A stretch of DNA of 64,000 nucleotides from an uncultured Gemmatimonadales bacterium (GTDB lineage: Bacteria > Gemmatimonadota > Gemmatimonadetes > Longimicrobiales > RSA9): positions 4,864,001 through 4,928,000 of the forward strand of contig OY970192.1 of the NCBI GenBank assembly GCA_963708135.1. The letters run 5' to 3'. The notes under the pieces are model-generated. The model was not told the DNA's origin, did not search any database, and was given only the letters and a program-made list of their open reading frames with translations. Position numbers and translations under genes: made by a program. The number at the start of each line of letters is the position of its first letter. The stretch's first letter is position 1. Shown one piece after another: positions 1 to 10,375 of this stretch.

Positions 1-1
1 G

Positions 2-2293
2 CTGGACTACGCGCACCGCCACGGCGTGGTCCACCGGGACATCAAGCCCGAGAACATCCTGCTGCACGACGGCCGGCCGATGGTGGCGGACTTCGGCATC
101 GCGCTGGCGGTCTCGGCGGCGGCCGGCGGCCGCATGACCGAGACCGGGCTGAGCCTCGGCACGCCGCACTACATGAGCCCGGAGCAGGCGACGGCGGAGA
201 AGGACCTCACCGGGCGAAGCGACGTCTACTCGCTCGCCAGTGTGCTGTACGAGATGCTGACGGGCGATCCGCCGCACACGGGCAGCTCGGCGCAGCAGAT
301 CATCATGAAGATCGTGACGGAGGAGGCAGCGCCGGTCACGAAGCTGCGCAGGTCGGTGCCGCCGAACGTTGCCGCGGCGGTGGCGAAGGCGCTGGAGAAG
401 CTGCCGGCGGACCGCTTCGAGAGCGCGAAGGCGTTCGCGGACGCGCTGGCGGACCCCCACTTCTCCACCGGGGCGGCGACGGGCTCGCACGCGGCCGGTG
501 GCGTTACCGTCCGGGGATTGGCACGTCACCCCCTCGTGCTCGGACTCGCGGCGGCGCTGGTCGCTACGGCCGGGATCGCGGTGTGGCAGTGGCGGGCCGC
601 GCACCGTGACGCCCCACGTCCCGTTGTGCGGGTTCAGATCGGGTTGCCTTCGACGATGCTCGTCACCAATGGGGGCCTCGGCACGAACGCAGCCGCCTCC
701 CCGGACGGAAGCGCCGCCGTCTACGCGCTTCCCGATTCGACAGGCACATCGCGGCTGTACCTTCGACCGCTCCGTCAGGGCGAGTCCCAGGTGATCACCG
801 GCACGGCCGGGGCCCAGCAGCCCTGCTTTTCGCCCGATGGCCGGTGGATCGCATACACCGTCGGTGCCACGGTCTGGAAGGTTCAGGCTTCGGGGGGCAC
901 GCCGGTGCGGATCGGCGATGCCGGGGCCGGTTCGATCGGAATCTCGTGGAGCCCTTCCGGTGTGATCATCGTAGCTGCCGCGTCAGGCCTCCTTGCGTTT
1001 CCGGAGAATGGCGGCGCGCCGCGGCTGCTTGCCAGAGGGGACTCCACCGCGGGTGAAACCTACAGGCAGCCGCTCGCGCTGCCGGACGGCAGGACGGCTC
1101 TCTTCACGATTGTCCCCGCAGAGGGTCTGGCCGAGACCCGCCTGGCCGAGGTGACGTTGGAGACAGGGTCGGTCCGGCGGCTCGACATGAGGCTTCTGGA
1201 CGTGCTCGGGTATCGTGATGGAAACCTCGTCTACGTCCTGCCCTCCGGTGCCCTGATGGGAGTCCCCTTCGATCTCGACGAGGGGAGGGCGACCGGCACG
1301 CCGGTGGCGCTCGGCCCTCCGGTCGCCACGTCCCTCGCCGGAGCCGCCCTGGCGGACCTGTCATCGGACGGGACGCTGGTGTACGTGCCGGCAAGCCGGA
1401 AAGGGGCGCTGGGGTGGGTCGGGCTGCAGGGCCAGTTCACGCCGGTTCTCTCCGACCCGGAAGCCTACGGCTATCCTCGTCTCTCTCCGGACGGGAAGCG
1501 CATCGCGGTGGCGGTGGGAACCGAAGCTCGCTCGGATGTCCTGGTCTACGACCTGGCGTCCGGCACCCCGACGCGGATCACCAACTCCGGCACACAGAAC
1601 GATCGACCGGAGTGGACCCCCGACGGACGTCGCGTGCTCTATCGGTCGGATCGCGGCGGCCCGACGGCGATCTGGTGGCAGCCCGTGGACCAGAGCGCGC
1701 CGGCGACGCCGTTGCAGGCGGCGGCATTGCACACGTTCTTCGAGGGGGTGATCACACCGGACGGCAAGACGCTCGTCTACCAGGTGGACGACGGGGGCGC
1801 GACCCAGGCCGACGTCATGTACCGGGCGCTCGAGGGCGACACGTCATCCCATCCCGTTGCGGCGACACGATTCGTGGAGGCGCAGGCGCGCGTTTCCCCC
1901 GACGGGCATTGGGTCGCCCTCGTGACCGACCAGTCCGGAGCGCAGCAGGTCGTGGTTCAACCCTTCCCCGACCCCGGCGGCCAGGTGCAGATCTCGGTCT
2001 CGGGCGGCACCGAGCCCGTGTGGTCTCGGGACGGGAAGCGCATCTTCTACCGCGACGGTCGCCACGTCGTTGCCGCGTCGGTGAGCACGGCCGGAGGATT
2101 CGCCGTGACGGGGCGCACGAATCTCTTTGCCGACACCTACGCCTTCGCCACCACCCCACACGCCAACTACGACGTGTCGCCCAATGGCACACGGCTGCTG
2201 ATGATCCGCAGCACCCAGATGCCGGAATACGACGTCGTCTACGGCTGGAGCAGCGAGCTGGCGGCCCGCATGCGCGGATCCGGCGCTCAATGA
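2..2293 (+). CDS. Ser/Thr protein kinase + TM + TolB/PD40-like beta-propeller ectodomain (array copy 1, 5'-partial)
   Basis: HRDIKPEN, DFG, GTPHYMSPEQ; TM PLVLGLAAALVATAGIAVWQW; repeated SPDG/TPDG blade motifs; frame open from window start. Confidence 0.93.
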   Translation: MDYAHRHGVVHRDIKPENILLHDGRPMVADFGIALAVSAAAGGRMTETGLSLGTPHYMSPEQATAEKDLTGRSDVYSLASVLYEMLTGDPPHTGSSAQQIIMKIVTEEAAPVTKLRRSVPPNVAAAVAKALEKLPADRFESAKAFADALADPHFSTGAATGSHAAGGVTVRGLARHPLVLGLAAALVATAGIAVWQWRAAHRDAPRPVVRVQIGLPSTMLVTNGGLGTNAAASPDGSAAVYALPDSTGTSRLYLRPLRQGESQVITGTAGAQQPCFSPDGRWIAYTVGATVWKVQASGGTPVRIGDAGAGSIGISWSPSGVIIVAAASGLLAFPENGGAPRLLARGDSTAGETYRQPLALPDGRTALFTIVPAEGLAETRLAEVTLETGSVRRLDMRLLDVLGYRDGNLVYVLPSGALMGVPFDLDEGRATGTPVALGPPVATSLAGAALADLSSDGTLVYVPASRKGALGWVGLQGQFTPVLSDPEAYGYPRLSPDGKRIAVAVGTEARSDVLVYDLASGTPTRITNSGTQNDRPEWTPDGRRVLYRSDRGGPTAIWWQPVDQSAPATPLQAAALHTFFEGVITPDGKTLVYQVDDGGATQADVMYRALEGDTSSHPVAATRFVEAQARVSPDGHWVALVTDQSGAQQVVVQPFPDPGGQVQISVSGGTEPVWSRDGKRIFYRDGRHVVAASVSTAGGFAVTGRTNLFADTYAFATTPHANYDVSPNGTRLLMIRSTQMPEYDVVYGWSSELAARMRGSGAQ

Positions 2294-2357
2294 GAGGAGC
2301 CCCGATGGACCAGCTCGAGACCTGCGAGACTGCAGCGCGTCCCTGCCGAGAACCGTC

Positions 2358-5033
2358 ATGAGCGACGTCGCCCCGCGCCTGTCCGCCGCCCTGGCCGACC
2401 GCTACCGCATCGAGCACGAGCTCGGCGCAGGCGGCATGGCCACGGTCTACCTCGCTGAGGACCTGCGCCACCAGCGGCAGGTCGCCATCAAGGTCCTCAA
2501 GCCCGAGCTGGCCGCGGTGCTGGGCGCCGAGCGCTTCGTCCAGGAGATCACCACCACCGCCCAGCTCCAGCACCCGCACATCCTGCCGCTCTTCGATTCC
2601 GGTACCGCGGACGGCTTCCTCTTCTACGTCATGCCGTACATCGAGGGCGAGACGCTGCGGGACCGGCTGAACCGCGAGACGCAGCTCGGGGTGGGTGAAG
2701 CGGTACGGATCACGCGGGAGGTAGCCGACGCGCTGGACTACGCACACCGCCACGGCGTCATCCACCGCGACATCAAGCCGGAGAACATCCTGCTGCACGA
2801 CGGCCGGCCGATGGTGGCCGATTTCGGTATCGCGCTGGCCGTTTCAGCCGCGGCCGGTGGCCGCATGACGGAGACGGGGCTCAGCCTCGGCACGCCGCAC
2901 TACATGAGCCCGGAGCAGGCGACGGCGGAGAAGGACCTCACCGGGCGCAGCGACGTCTACTCGCTCGCCAGTGTGCTGTACGAGATGCTGACGGGCGATC
3001 CGCCGCACACGGGCAGCTCGGCGCAGCAGATCATCATGAAGATCGTGACGGAGGAGGCAGCGCCGGTCACGAAGCTGCGCAGGTCGGTGCCGCCGAACGT
3101 CGCCGCGGCGGTGGCAAAGGCGCTGGAGAAGCTGCCGGCCGACCGGTTCGAGAGCGCGAAGGCGTTCGCGGACGCGCTGGCGGACCCGTCGTTCACGACC
3201 GCATCCGCCGCCATTGCCGCTCCTGCCTCCCTCGGCCGATCACGGATGACGATCTACGTGCTCGGCGCAGTCTGCCTCGTGCTCGCCGCCGCAACTGCCT
3301 ACTTCGCGTTCCGCCCGCCGCCAACGCCGCCGGCGAGCCGCCAGCGTGTCATCCTTTGGGACCGGGCGCCGGGGAGCGTTCTCGATCCGGGCAACACGCG
3401 CCTCCAGGCGAGCCAGGCCGCCATCTCGCCCGACGGTTCCGAGATCGTGTACAGCGAACCGACCGACAGTGGGTTCGTCCTGATGCGCAAGGACGGCGAT
3501 GAGGCGCTCGCGACGCCCCTCGCCGGCACCACGGGTGGGGTCGCGCCATTCTTTTCACCCGACGGCCGGTGGATCGGGTACCGCAGCGTGGACGGCAAGC
3601 TCAAGAAGGTTCCCGTCGTCGGCGGAGGCTCGGTGACTCTCGTCGACAACGTCGGTCTGGTGGTCAGCGCCGCGGCCACGTGGCTGGATGACGGAACGAT
3701 CGTGTACGGGGCGGGCGATGGACTCAGGCGCGTGAGTGCGTCCGGTGACAGCACCTGGGTCGTGAGGAAGTATTCAGGGTCGCAGGCGGGCGCCCGACTG
3801 CTCACGCTCTGGCCGCTCCCCAAGAGCCGGGGTGTGCTCTACACATACTGCTCGGGTAACTGCGCCGTGCGGTCGTCGGTGCGCGCGCTCGACCTGCGCA
3901 CCGGACAGGATCGTCTGCTCGTCTCCAACGCGGTCGGCGCGTGGTACGTCCCCGGCGGCTACCTGGTCTTCACCGATCGCGCGGGCGGGCTCTACGGCGT
4001 GGAACTCGATGTCGATCGACTGACGGTCACGTCCGGACGCGTTCCCCTGATTCCTGGCGTCGAACCGGGGAACTTCACGCTGTCGGCAAAGGGATCGGTG
4101 CTCTACGCCAGCCCAGGCGCCGGCGGCGGTGAAGCGTCGGAGCTCATGTGGGTCGCGCGCGACGGAGCGGCGGTTCCTCTCGACACGATGTGGAAGGCAG
4201 ACTTCAATTACCCCGCGATCTCGCCCGACGGCAAGACGCTGGCAGTGAGCGTCAGTGGCGAAACCACACAGCTCTGGCTCCGGCACGCCGATGGGGCGCG
4301 GGAACCGCTCACCCAGCAGGCCGCGGTCAACTGGCGGCCCGCGTGGACCGCTGACGGGCGATCCGTCGTGTTCCCCTCGAACCGGGGCGGGGACGTGGAC
4401 TCGACGTACTACGACCTCTACCGCATGGCAGTGAATCACAGCTCCCCCGCCCAGCGGCTCGTCCACTTCACGTATCCCGTGTGGGAAGGGGAGATCTCCG
4501 CTGACGGACAGTGGGTTGTGTTCCGGTCGGACGAAGAGCAGACCGTATCGCTCATTCACGCTCGGCGCATTCCCGGGGACACCGCGACCCGCCAGCTGCT
4601 CGGTGGAGATGGAGTATCCACCTTCAACTTCACGCTCTCACCCGACGGACGCTGGATCGCCTACGAGCTGTCCAAGCCCGGTGCTGACGATCAGATCTAC
4701 GTCGCGTCATTTCCAAACGTCACCGCGCCGAGGCAGGTCTCCCAGAGCGACGGATCCGAGCCCCGGTGGGCGCGCGGCGGCCGGGAGCTGTTCTACAAGA
4801 GCGGTGGAGAGCTGATGGCCGTTGACATCGAGCCGGAACCGACGCTCACGATCGGTTCGCCGCACGCTCTGTTCTCAGTGCTCCCGTACCGCTCCGCCAA
4901 CAATCGCCAGCAGTACGATGTGGCCCCGGACGGTCGCCACTTCGTCATGATCCGCAACGTCACGGAAGGACCCGAAACGGTCGTCTACATCGAGCACTGG
5001 TTCTCGGAGCTTCGAGCGAAGATGCATCAATGA
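2358..5033 (+). CDS. Ser/Thr kinase-TM-beta-propeller receptor (copy 2, 891 aa)
   Basis: GAGGMATVYLA, VAIKVL, HRDIKPEN, DFG; TM IYVLGAVCLVLAAATAYFAF; SPDG repeats. Confidence 0.95.
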   Translation: MSDVAPRLSAALADRYRIEHELGAGGMATVYLAEDLRHQRQVAIKVLKPELAAVLGAERFVQEITTTAQLQHPHILPLFDSGTADGFLFYVMPYIEGETLRDRLNRETQLGVGEAVRITREVADALDYAHRHGVIHRDIKPENILLHDGRPMVADFGIALAVSAAAGGRMTETGLSLGTPHYMSPEQATAEKDLTGRSDVYSLASVLYEMLTGDPPHTGSSAQQIIMKIVTEEAAPVTKLRRSVPPNVAAAVAKALEKLPADRFESAKAFADALADPSFTTASAAIAAPASLGRSRMTIYVLGAVCLVLAAATAYFAFRPPPTPPASRQRVILWDRAPGSVLDPGNTRLQASQAAISPDGSEIVYSEPTDSGFVLMRKDGDEALATPLAGTTGGVAPFFSPDGRWIGYRSVDGKLKKVPVVGGGSVTLVDNVGLVVSAAATWLDDGTIVYGAGDGLRRVSASGDSTWVVRKYSGSQAGARLLTLWPLPKSRGVLYTYCSGNCAVRSSVRALDLRTGQDRLLVSNAVGAWYVPGGYLVFTDRAGGLYGVELDVDRLTVTSGRVPLIPGVEPGNFTLSAKGSVLYASPGAGGGEASELMWVARDGAAVPLDTMWKADFNYPAISPDGKTLAVSVSGETTQLWLRHADGAREPLTQQAAVNWRPAWTADGRSVVFPSNRGGDVDSTYYDLYRMAVNHSSPAQRLVHFTYPVWEGEISADGQWVVFRSDEEQTVSLIHARRIPGDTATRQLLGGDGVSTFNFTLSPDGRWIAYELSKPGADDQIYVASFPNVTAPRQVSQSDGSEPRWARGGRELFYKSGGELMAVDIEPEPTLTIGSPHALFSVLPYRSANNRQQYDVAPDGRHFVMIRNVTEGPETVVYIEHWFSELRAKMHQ

Positions 5034-7711
5034 GCGACGTCCCCGAGGGTCTCGCAGCGGCCCTGGCGGACCGCTACCGCATGGAGCGGGAGCTCGGCGC
5101 GGGCGGCATGGCTACGGTCTACCTCGCCGAGGACCTGCGCCACCAGCGCCAGGTCGCCATCAAAGTGCTCAAGCCCGAGCTCGCCGCCGTGCTCGGCGCC
5201 GACCGCTTCGTCCAGGAGATCACGACCACCGCCCAGCTCCAGCACCCGCACATCCTGCCCCTCTTCGACTCGGGGACGGCCGACGGCTTCCTCTTCTACG
5301 TCATGCCCTACGTCGAGGGCGAGACGCTGCGGGACAAGCTGAACCGGGAGACGCAGCTCGGCGTCGACGAGGCGGTGCGCATCACGCGGGAGGTGGCCGA
5401 CGCCCTGGACTACGCCCACCGGCACGGCGTAATTCACCGCGACATCAAGCCCGAGAACATCCTGCTGCACGACGGCCGACCCATGGTGGCCGATTTCGGC
5501 ATCGCGCTGGCGGTTTCGGCCGCGGCGGGCGGGCGCATGACGGAGACCGGGCTCAGTCTCGGCACGCCGCACTACATGAGCCCGGAGCAGGCGACGGGGG
5601 AGCGCGACCTCACCGGTCGCAGCGACGTCTACTCGCTCGCGAGCGTGCTCTACGAGATGCTGACCGGCGACCCGCCGCACGTCGGCTCCTCGGCGCAGCA
5701 GATCATCATGAAGATCGTGACCGAGGAGGCCGCGCCGGTCACGAAGCTGCGCAAGAGCGTGCCGCCGAACGTGGCGGCGGCCGTCGCGAAGGCGCTGGAG
5801 AAGCTGCCGGCCGACCGGTTCGAGAGCGCGAAGGCGTTCGCCGAGGCGCTGGTGAATCCCGCGTACGGCATTGGACTGCAGGGTGCGGGCACGGCACCCG
5901 GCTCGTCGCGCCAGCGGCCTGCACGCTGGGCGATGGCCGCGGCGGCCGCGGTGGCGGTCCTGGCCGGAGCGGTGGGAGGCGTAATGCTCGGCAGGCGCGG
6001 GCTCGTCCGGCCCCTGGTGAGCCGCCAGCGGATCGAGCTGTGGCAGCAGCCGCCCGAGGCAGATGCGGTAGGCCGGGGCCTGGCCATCTCACCAGACGGC
6101 AACGTGATCGTGTTCAGGGATTCCGTGGGTGGCAGCTGGCAGCTCTGGTCCAAGGAGCGGGATCGACTCGAGGCGACCGTCCTGACCGGCACCACCGGTG
6201 CCCGGGCGCCGGTCTTCTCACCGGACGGGCAGTGGGTCGCGTTCGTCGCCGACGGCAAGCTCAAGAAGGTGCCGCGACTCGGCGGCTCCGCCGTGATCAT
6301 CGCGGACTCGGCCAACGAGGCACTTCCGGCCATTGCCTGGCTCGACAATGGAACGATCGCCTTCAACAACGCAGCGTATGGCCTGGTTCTCGTGGGGGAG
6401 GACGGCGGTGCCGTGCGTCGGCTCATTGGCACCGACAGCCTGAAGGGCGGTGTCGTAACGGCGACGCCATTCCCCGGGGGCACGGCCGTACTGCTGGGGC
6501 TTTGCGGGGCCGGTTGCTCCACCTCGCGTGTGGCGGCGCTCGACGTGCGCGGTGCCGCAGCGCCGAAGGAGCTTGCCGACGATGCCCTCAAGGCGTGGGC
6601 CGCTCCGGGTGGGGCGGTCGTGTTCATACGCCGCGATGGCGGCGTCTTCGTTGGAGCCTTCGACGGCGACCGGCTCGCGTTCACGGGAGCGCCGGTGCCG
6701 GTTCTGGACGGCGTGCAAGTCGACGCTCGTGGCGCCGACATGGCGCTGGGAAGGAACGGCACACTCATCTATGAGACCGGCGCTCCGCAGGGGGCCGTCC
6801 AGCCCGTCTGGGTCTCCCGCCAGGGCACCGTATCACCGGTGGATTCCGGATGGTCGTTCTCGCCGGGAGGCAGGGGCAGCTTCGCGCCCGGGCCCGCGCT
6901 CTCGCCGGACGGCCGGCGGGTGGCGGTCAGCGTGCAGTCCGGCAGCAGCGAGGACATCTGGATCAAGGAGCTGGGGGGCGGACGCCAGTTCACACGCCTC
7001 ACCTTCGGGGCGGGCCTCAAGTTCCGTCCGGCGTGGACGGCCGACGGCCGTAGCGTCGTCTATATCATCCGGCCTCCCGACGGCGAGACGAGCCTCATCG
7101 CGTCACGCCTTGCCGACGGCAGGGGCGGCGAGGTGACACTCTTCAAGACGCGTAACCTGAGCGAGGTCCAGCCGGCGCGCGACACGGCCCGACTCATCGT
7201 CCGCACCGGCTCCGTCCACCGGGCCATCCAGTTGTACACGCTTGGCGCCGACTCGCTGGTGCCGCTCCTGGCAGACCCCAACTACAATGATATGGGCCCG
7301 GCGCTTTCACCTGATGGACGATGGCTTGCGTACACCTCGGATGAAACGGGCCGGAGCGAGGTGTACGTCCGCCCCTTCCCGAAAGTGAGAGACGGGCGCT
7401 GGCCCGTATCGGCGAACGGGGGTTCGGAGCCCAAGTGGTCGCACTCCGGCCGCGAGCTGTTCTATCGCGCCGCGGACGGCGGATTCATCGCCACGGAGCT
7501 CAAGCCGGGTCCCACCTTCGCAAGCGCCACCCAGGAGCGGCTCTTCGACGCGAGCGAGTTCCAGTCCAGTAGCAAACACCACGCTTACGCCGTCGCACCT
7601 GGGGACGACCGGTTCCTCTTCTTCCGGCAGCAGAGTGGGTCGGCGTCACTGGTGATGGTGGAGCACTGGTTCGAGGAGCTGAAGGCGCGCGAGCAGGGGA
7701 AGAATCCGTAG
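5030..7711 (+). CDS. Ser/Thr kinase-TM-beta-propeller receptor (copy 3, 893 aa)
   Basis: All kinase motifs; TM WAMAAAAAVAVLAGAVGGVML; PALSPDGRWLAYTSDETGRSEVYVRPFP blade; ATGA overlap with copy 2. Confidence 0.95.
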   Translation: MSDVPEGLAAALADRYRMERELGAGGMATVYLAEDLRHQRQVAIKVLKPELAAVLGADRFVQEITTTAQLQHPHILPLFDSGTADGFLFYVMPYVEGETLRDKLNRETQLGVDEAVRITREVADALDYAHRHGVIHRDIKPENILLHDGRPMVADFGIALAVSAAAGGRMTETGLSLGTPHYMSPEQATGERDLTGRSDVYSLASVLYEMLTGDPPHVGSSAQQIIMKIVTEEAAPVTKLRKSVPPNVAAAVAKALEKLPADRFESAKAFAEALVNPAYGIGLQGAGTAPGSSRQRPARWAMAAAAAVAVLAGAVGGVMLGRRGLVRPLVSRQRIELWQQPPEADAVGRGLAISPDGNVIVFRDSVGGSWQLWSKERDRLEATVLTGTTGARAPVFSPDGQWVAFVADGKLKKVPRLGGSAVIIADSANEALPAIAWLDNGTIAFNNAAYGLVLVGEDGGAVRRLIGTDSLKGGVVTATPFPGGTAVLLGLCGAGCSTSRVAALDVRGAAAPKELADDALKAWAAPGGAVVFIRRDGGVFVGAFDGDRLAFTGAPVPVLDGVQVDARGADMALGRNGTLIYETGAPQGAVQPVWVSRQGTVSPVDSGWSFSPGGRGSFAPGPALSPDGRRVAVSVQSGSSEDIWIKELGGGRQFTRLTFGAGLKFRPAWTADGRSVVYIIRPPDGETSLIASRLADGRGGEVTLFKTRNLSEVQPARDTARLIVRTGSVHRAIQLYTLGADSLVPLLADPNYNDMGPALSPDGRWLAYTSDETGRSEVYVRPFPKVRDGRWPVSANGGSEPKWSHSGRELFYRAADGGFIATELKPGPTFASATQERLFDASEFQSSSKHHAYAVAPGDDRFLFFRQQSGSASLVMVEHWFEELKAREQGKNP

Positions 7712-10375
7712 ATGAGCGGACCTGTCGCCGATCGCCTCTCCACCGCGCTCGCCGACCGCTACCGCATCGAGCGGGAGCTCGGCGCAGGCGGCATGGCCAC
7801 GGTCTACCTGGCCGAGGACCTTCGCCACCAGCGCCCGGTCGCCATCAAGGTGCTCAAGCCGGAGCTCGCCGCCGTGCTCGGCGGCGAGCGCTTCGTCCAG
7901 GAGATCACCACCACCGCCCAGCTCCAGCACCCGCACATCCTGCCGCTCTTCGATTCCGGTACCGCGGACGGCTTCCTCTTCTACGTCATGCCGTACATCG
8001 AAGGCGAGACGCTGCGGGACCGGCTGAACCGGGAGACGCAGCTGGGCGTGGACGAGGCGGTGCGCATCACGCGGGAGGTGGCTGACGCGCTGGACTACGC
8101 GCACCGGCACGGCGTGATCCACCGCGACATCAAGCCCGAGAACATCCTGCTGCACGACGGCCGGCCGATGGTGGCCGATTTCGGTATCGCGCTGGCCGTT
8201 TCAGCCGCCGCCGGTGGCCGCATGACGGAGACGGGGCTCAGCCTCGGCACGCCGCACTACATGAGCCCGGAGCAGGCGACGGCGGAAAAGGACCTCACCG
8301 GGCGCAGTGACGTCTACTCGCTGGCGAGCGTCCTGTACGAGATGCTGACGGGTGACCCGCCGCACGTGGGCAGCTCGGCGCAGCAGATCATCATGAAGAT
8401 CGTGACGGAGGAGGCGACGCCGGTCACGAAGGTGCGCAAGTCGGTGCCGCCGAACGTGGCGGCGGCCGTTGCGAAGGCGCTGGAGAAGCTGCCCGCCGAC
8501 CGCTTCGAGAGCGCGAGGGCGTTCGCCGACGCGCTCGCGGATCCGGGGTTCCGGTTGGCCGGTTACGGGGCGGCGGGCGCGGGCGTGTCGGGGACCTCGT
8601 CGAACTGGCGGCGGGCGGCCTTCTGGCTGGTCGCGGTCGTGGCGGTCGTTGCCACTTCCGCGGCCGTGATCCTGGCGGTGCGGCGGCCGACCTCGACCCA
8701 GGGCCCCGTCGTCGTCTCGTCCCTGCGGCCACCGCCGGGCGAAGACTTCAGCGAGCGGGCCTCGTTCGGGGCGCTGTCGCCGGATGGCCGCACCTTCGCC
8801 TTCGTGGCCATCGCGGCGAACGGGGGACGAAGCCTCTGGCTGCGTGGGCTGGACAGCCTCGGTGCCCAGAGGGTTCCCGGTACCGACGGGGCGACGGCAC
8901 CGTTCTGGTCACCGGACAGGAAGTCCGTGGGGTATTTCGCGCACGATGCCCTGATGCGGGTGGACGTGCCATCAGGGGCCCCGCGAACGCTCTGTGCCGC
9001 GACGCCCGAGGGATCGGGAAGCTGGGGGACGTCCGGCGTCATCGTCCTGAGCACGCAGCGGGGCCTCGAGCGTGTCGACGCCGCGGGAGGCCCATGCAGG
9101 ATCGCGATCCCCCTGGACTCCAGCGCGGCGACCTATCGTCACCCGTCGCTCCTGCCGGGGGACACCAGGGTCCTGTTCGAGCGACTGGTCGGGATCCAGG
9201 CGACGGTGATGGTGGGTGACCTTTCGTCGGGTGACGCGACGGCGCTCATCCCGGGTGCGTCCTCGCCCACCTGGGTGCCGCCCGGATACGTCGTGTATGG
9301 GCGCTTCAACCAGGAAGGCAGCTCGAGTCTGTACGGCCAGCGGATCCGCGCGGATGGCTCTGCGGTCGAGGGGGACGCTACCCGACTCACGGGACCGGTA
9401 CGCACGTCCGGTCTCGTCTTTGCCTACACGGCGTCCGGGAGCGGCTCGCTCCTGTATCTCCCCGGGCTCGGCGATCGTGACAAGCTGGTCGTGGACAGGC
9501 GTGGGGAGGTCCTCGACACCGTGCGTGTCGAGAACACCTTCACGCACCGGTATGCGCACGGCCATCCCTGGGCCGTCCTGGGTGATGCGCAAACGATCTG
9601 GCTGTATGACCTCACCCGAGGTCTCGCCACCCCCCTCGTTCCGCGGAGTCAAGGGCTGGGCGCAGTCTCCGCATGGCCGATATGGGCGCCCTCCGATTCC
9701 GCGGTGGCCTTTGGATTGTGCCAGCTGTTCGCCGTACGGGTCGCGGACCTGTCCGTGCGGCCCATTGCCCGACAAGCGCCAGGATGCTTCGTCGCGACGG
9801 ATTGGTCGTCCGACGGACGGTATCTCGTCCTCTCCGGCACCCCGGGCCTGTCCGTGCCGAGCGGGCAGGATACCGCGACGACCTCGCAGGACCACGCCCG
9901 TGTGGCAGCCTTCGACCTGACGCAGGGACGTACCATGCGCTTCAACGTACCCGGGAACGCCAGCGAGGGGGTGCTCTCTCCCGACATGCGCTGGCTCGCC
10001 TACACGTCCGACGAGACCGGGAATCCCGAGGTGTACGTCCAACCGTTTCCCGCGGGAGGCCGGCCCGTGCGCGTGTCACGCCACGGGGGCAGGGCGCCCC
10101 GCTGGCGCGCCGATGCCCACGAGCTCTTCTTCGAAGCTCCGGACGGGGGCATCCTGGTCGCGGGCGTCACCCCGGGCGCCGACTTCCAGGTGGCGGCTCC
10201 ACAGCTTCTCTTCCACGCTCCCGGCTGGACACGGTCGCTGTTCTTCGACAGCGGTACCCCTTACGACGTGAGCCCTGACGGCCAACGGTTCATGGTCCGG
10301 CAGACCGCGTCGGCCACCAATGCGGTGCTCGTCCAGAACTGGCCCGCGAAGCTCGAGGCGAAGGGGGGCTCGTGA
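7712..10375 (+). CDS. Ser/Thr kinase-TM-beta-propeller receptor (copy 4, 887 aa)
   Basis: All kinase motifs; TM FWLVAVVAVVATSAAVILAV; ATG directly follows the TAG of copy 3. Confidence 0.95.
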   Translation: MSGPVADRLSTALADRYRIERELGAGGMATVYLAEDLRHQRPVAIKVLKPELAAVLGGERFVQEITTTAQLQHPHILPLFDSGTADGFLFYVMPYIEGETLRDRLNRETQLGVDEAVRITREVADALDYAHRHGVIHRDIKPENILLHDGRPMVADFGIALAVSAAAGGRMTETGLSLGTPHYMSPEQATAEKDLTGRSDVYSLASVLYEMLTGDPPHVGSSAQQIIMKIVTEEATPVTKVRKSVPPNVAAAVAKALEKLPADRFESARAFADALADPGFRLAGYGAAGAGVSGTSSNWRRAAFWLVAVVAVVATSAAVILAVRRPTSTQGPVVVSSLRPPPGEDFSERASFGALSPDGRTFAFVAIAANGGRSLWLRGLDSLGAQRVPGTDGATAPFWSPDRKSVGYFAHDALMRVDVPSGAPRTLCAATPEGSGSWGTSGVIVLSTQRGLERVDAAGGPCRIAIPLDSSAATYRHPSLLPGDTRVLFERLVGIQATVMVGDLSSGDATALIPGASSPTWVPPGYVVYGRFNQEGSSSLYGQRIRADGSAVEGDATRLTGPVRTSGLVFAYTASGSGSLLYLPGLGDRDKLVVDRRGEVLDTVRVENTFTHRYAHGHPWAVLGDAQTIWLYDLTRGLATPLVPRSQGLGAVSAWPIWAPSDSAVAFGLCQLFAVRVADLSVRPIARQAPGCFVATDWSSDGRYLVLSGTPGLSVPSGQDTATTSQDHARVAAFDLTQGRTMRFNVPGNASEGVLSPDMRWLAYTSDETGNPEVYVQPFPAGGRPVRVSRHGGRAPRWRADAHELFFEAPDGGILVAGVTPGADFQVAAPQLLFHAPGWTRSLFFDSGTPYDVSPDGQRFMVRQTASATNAVLVQNWPAKLEAKGGS

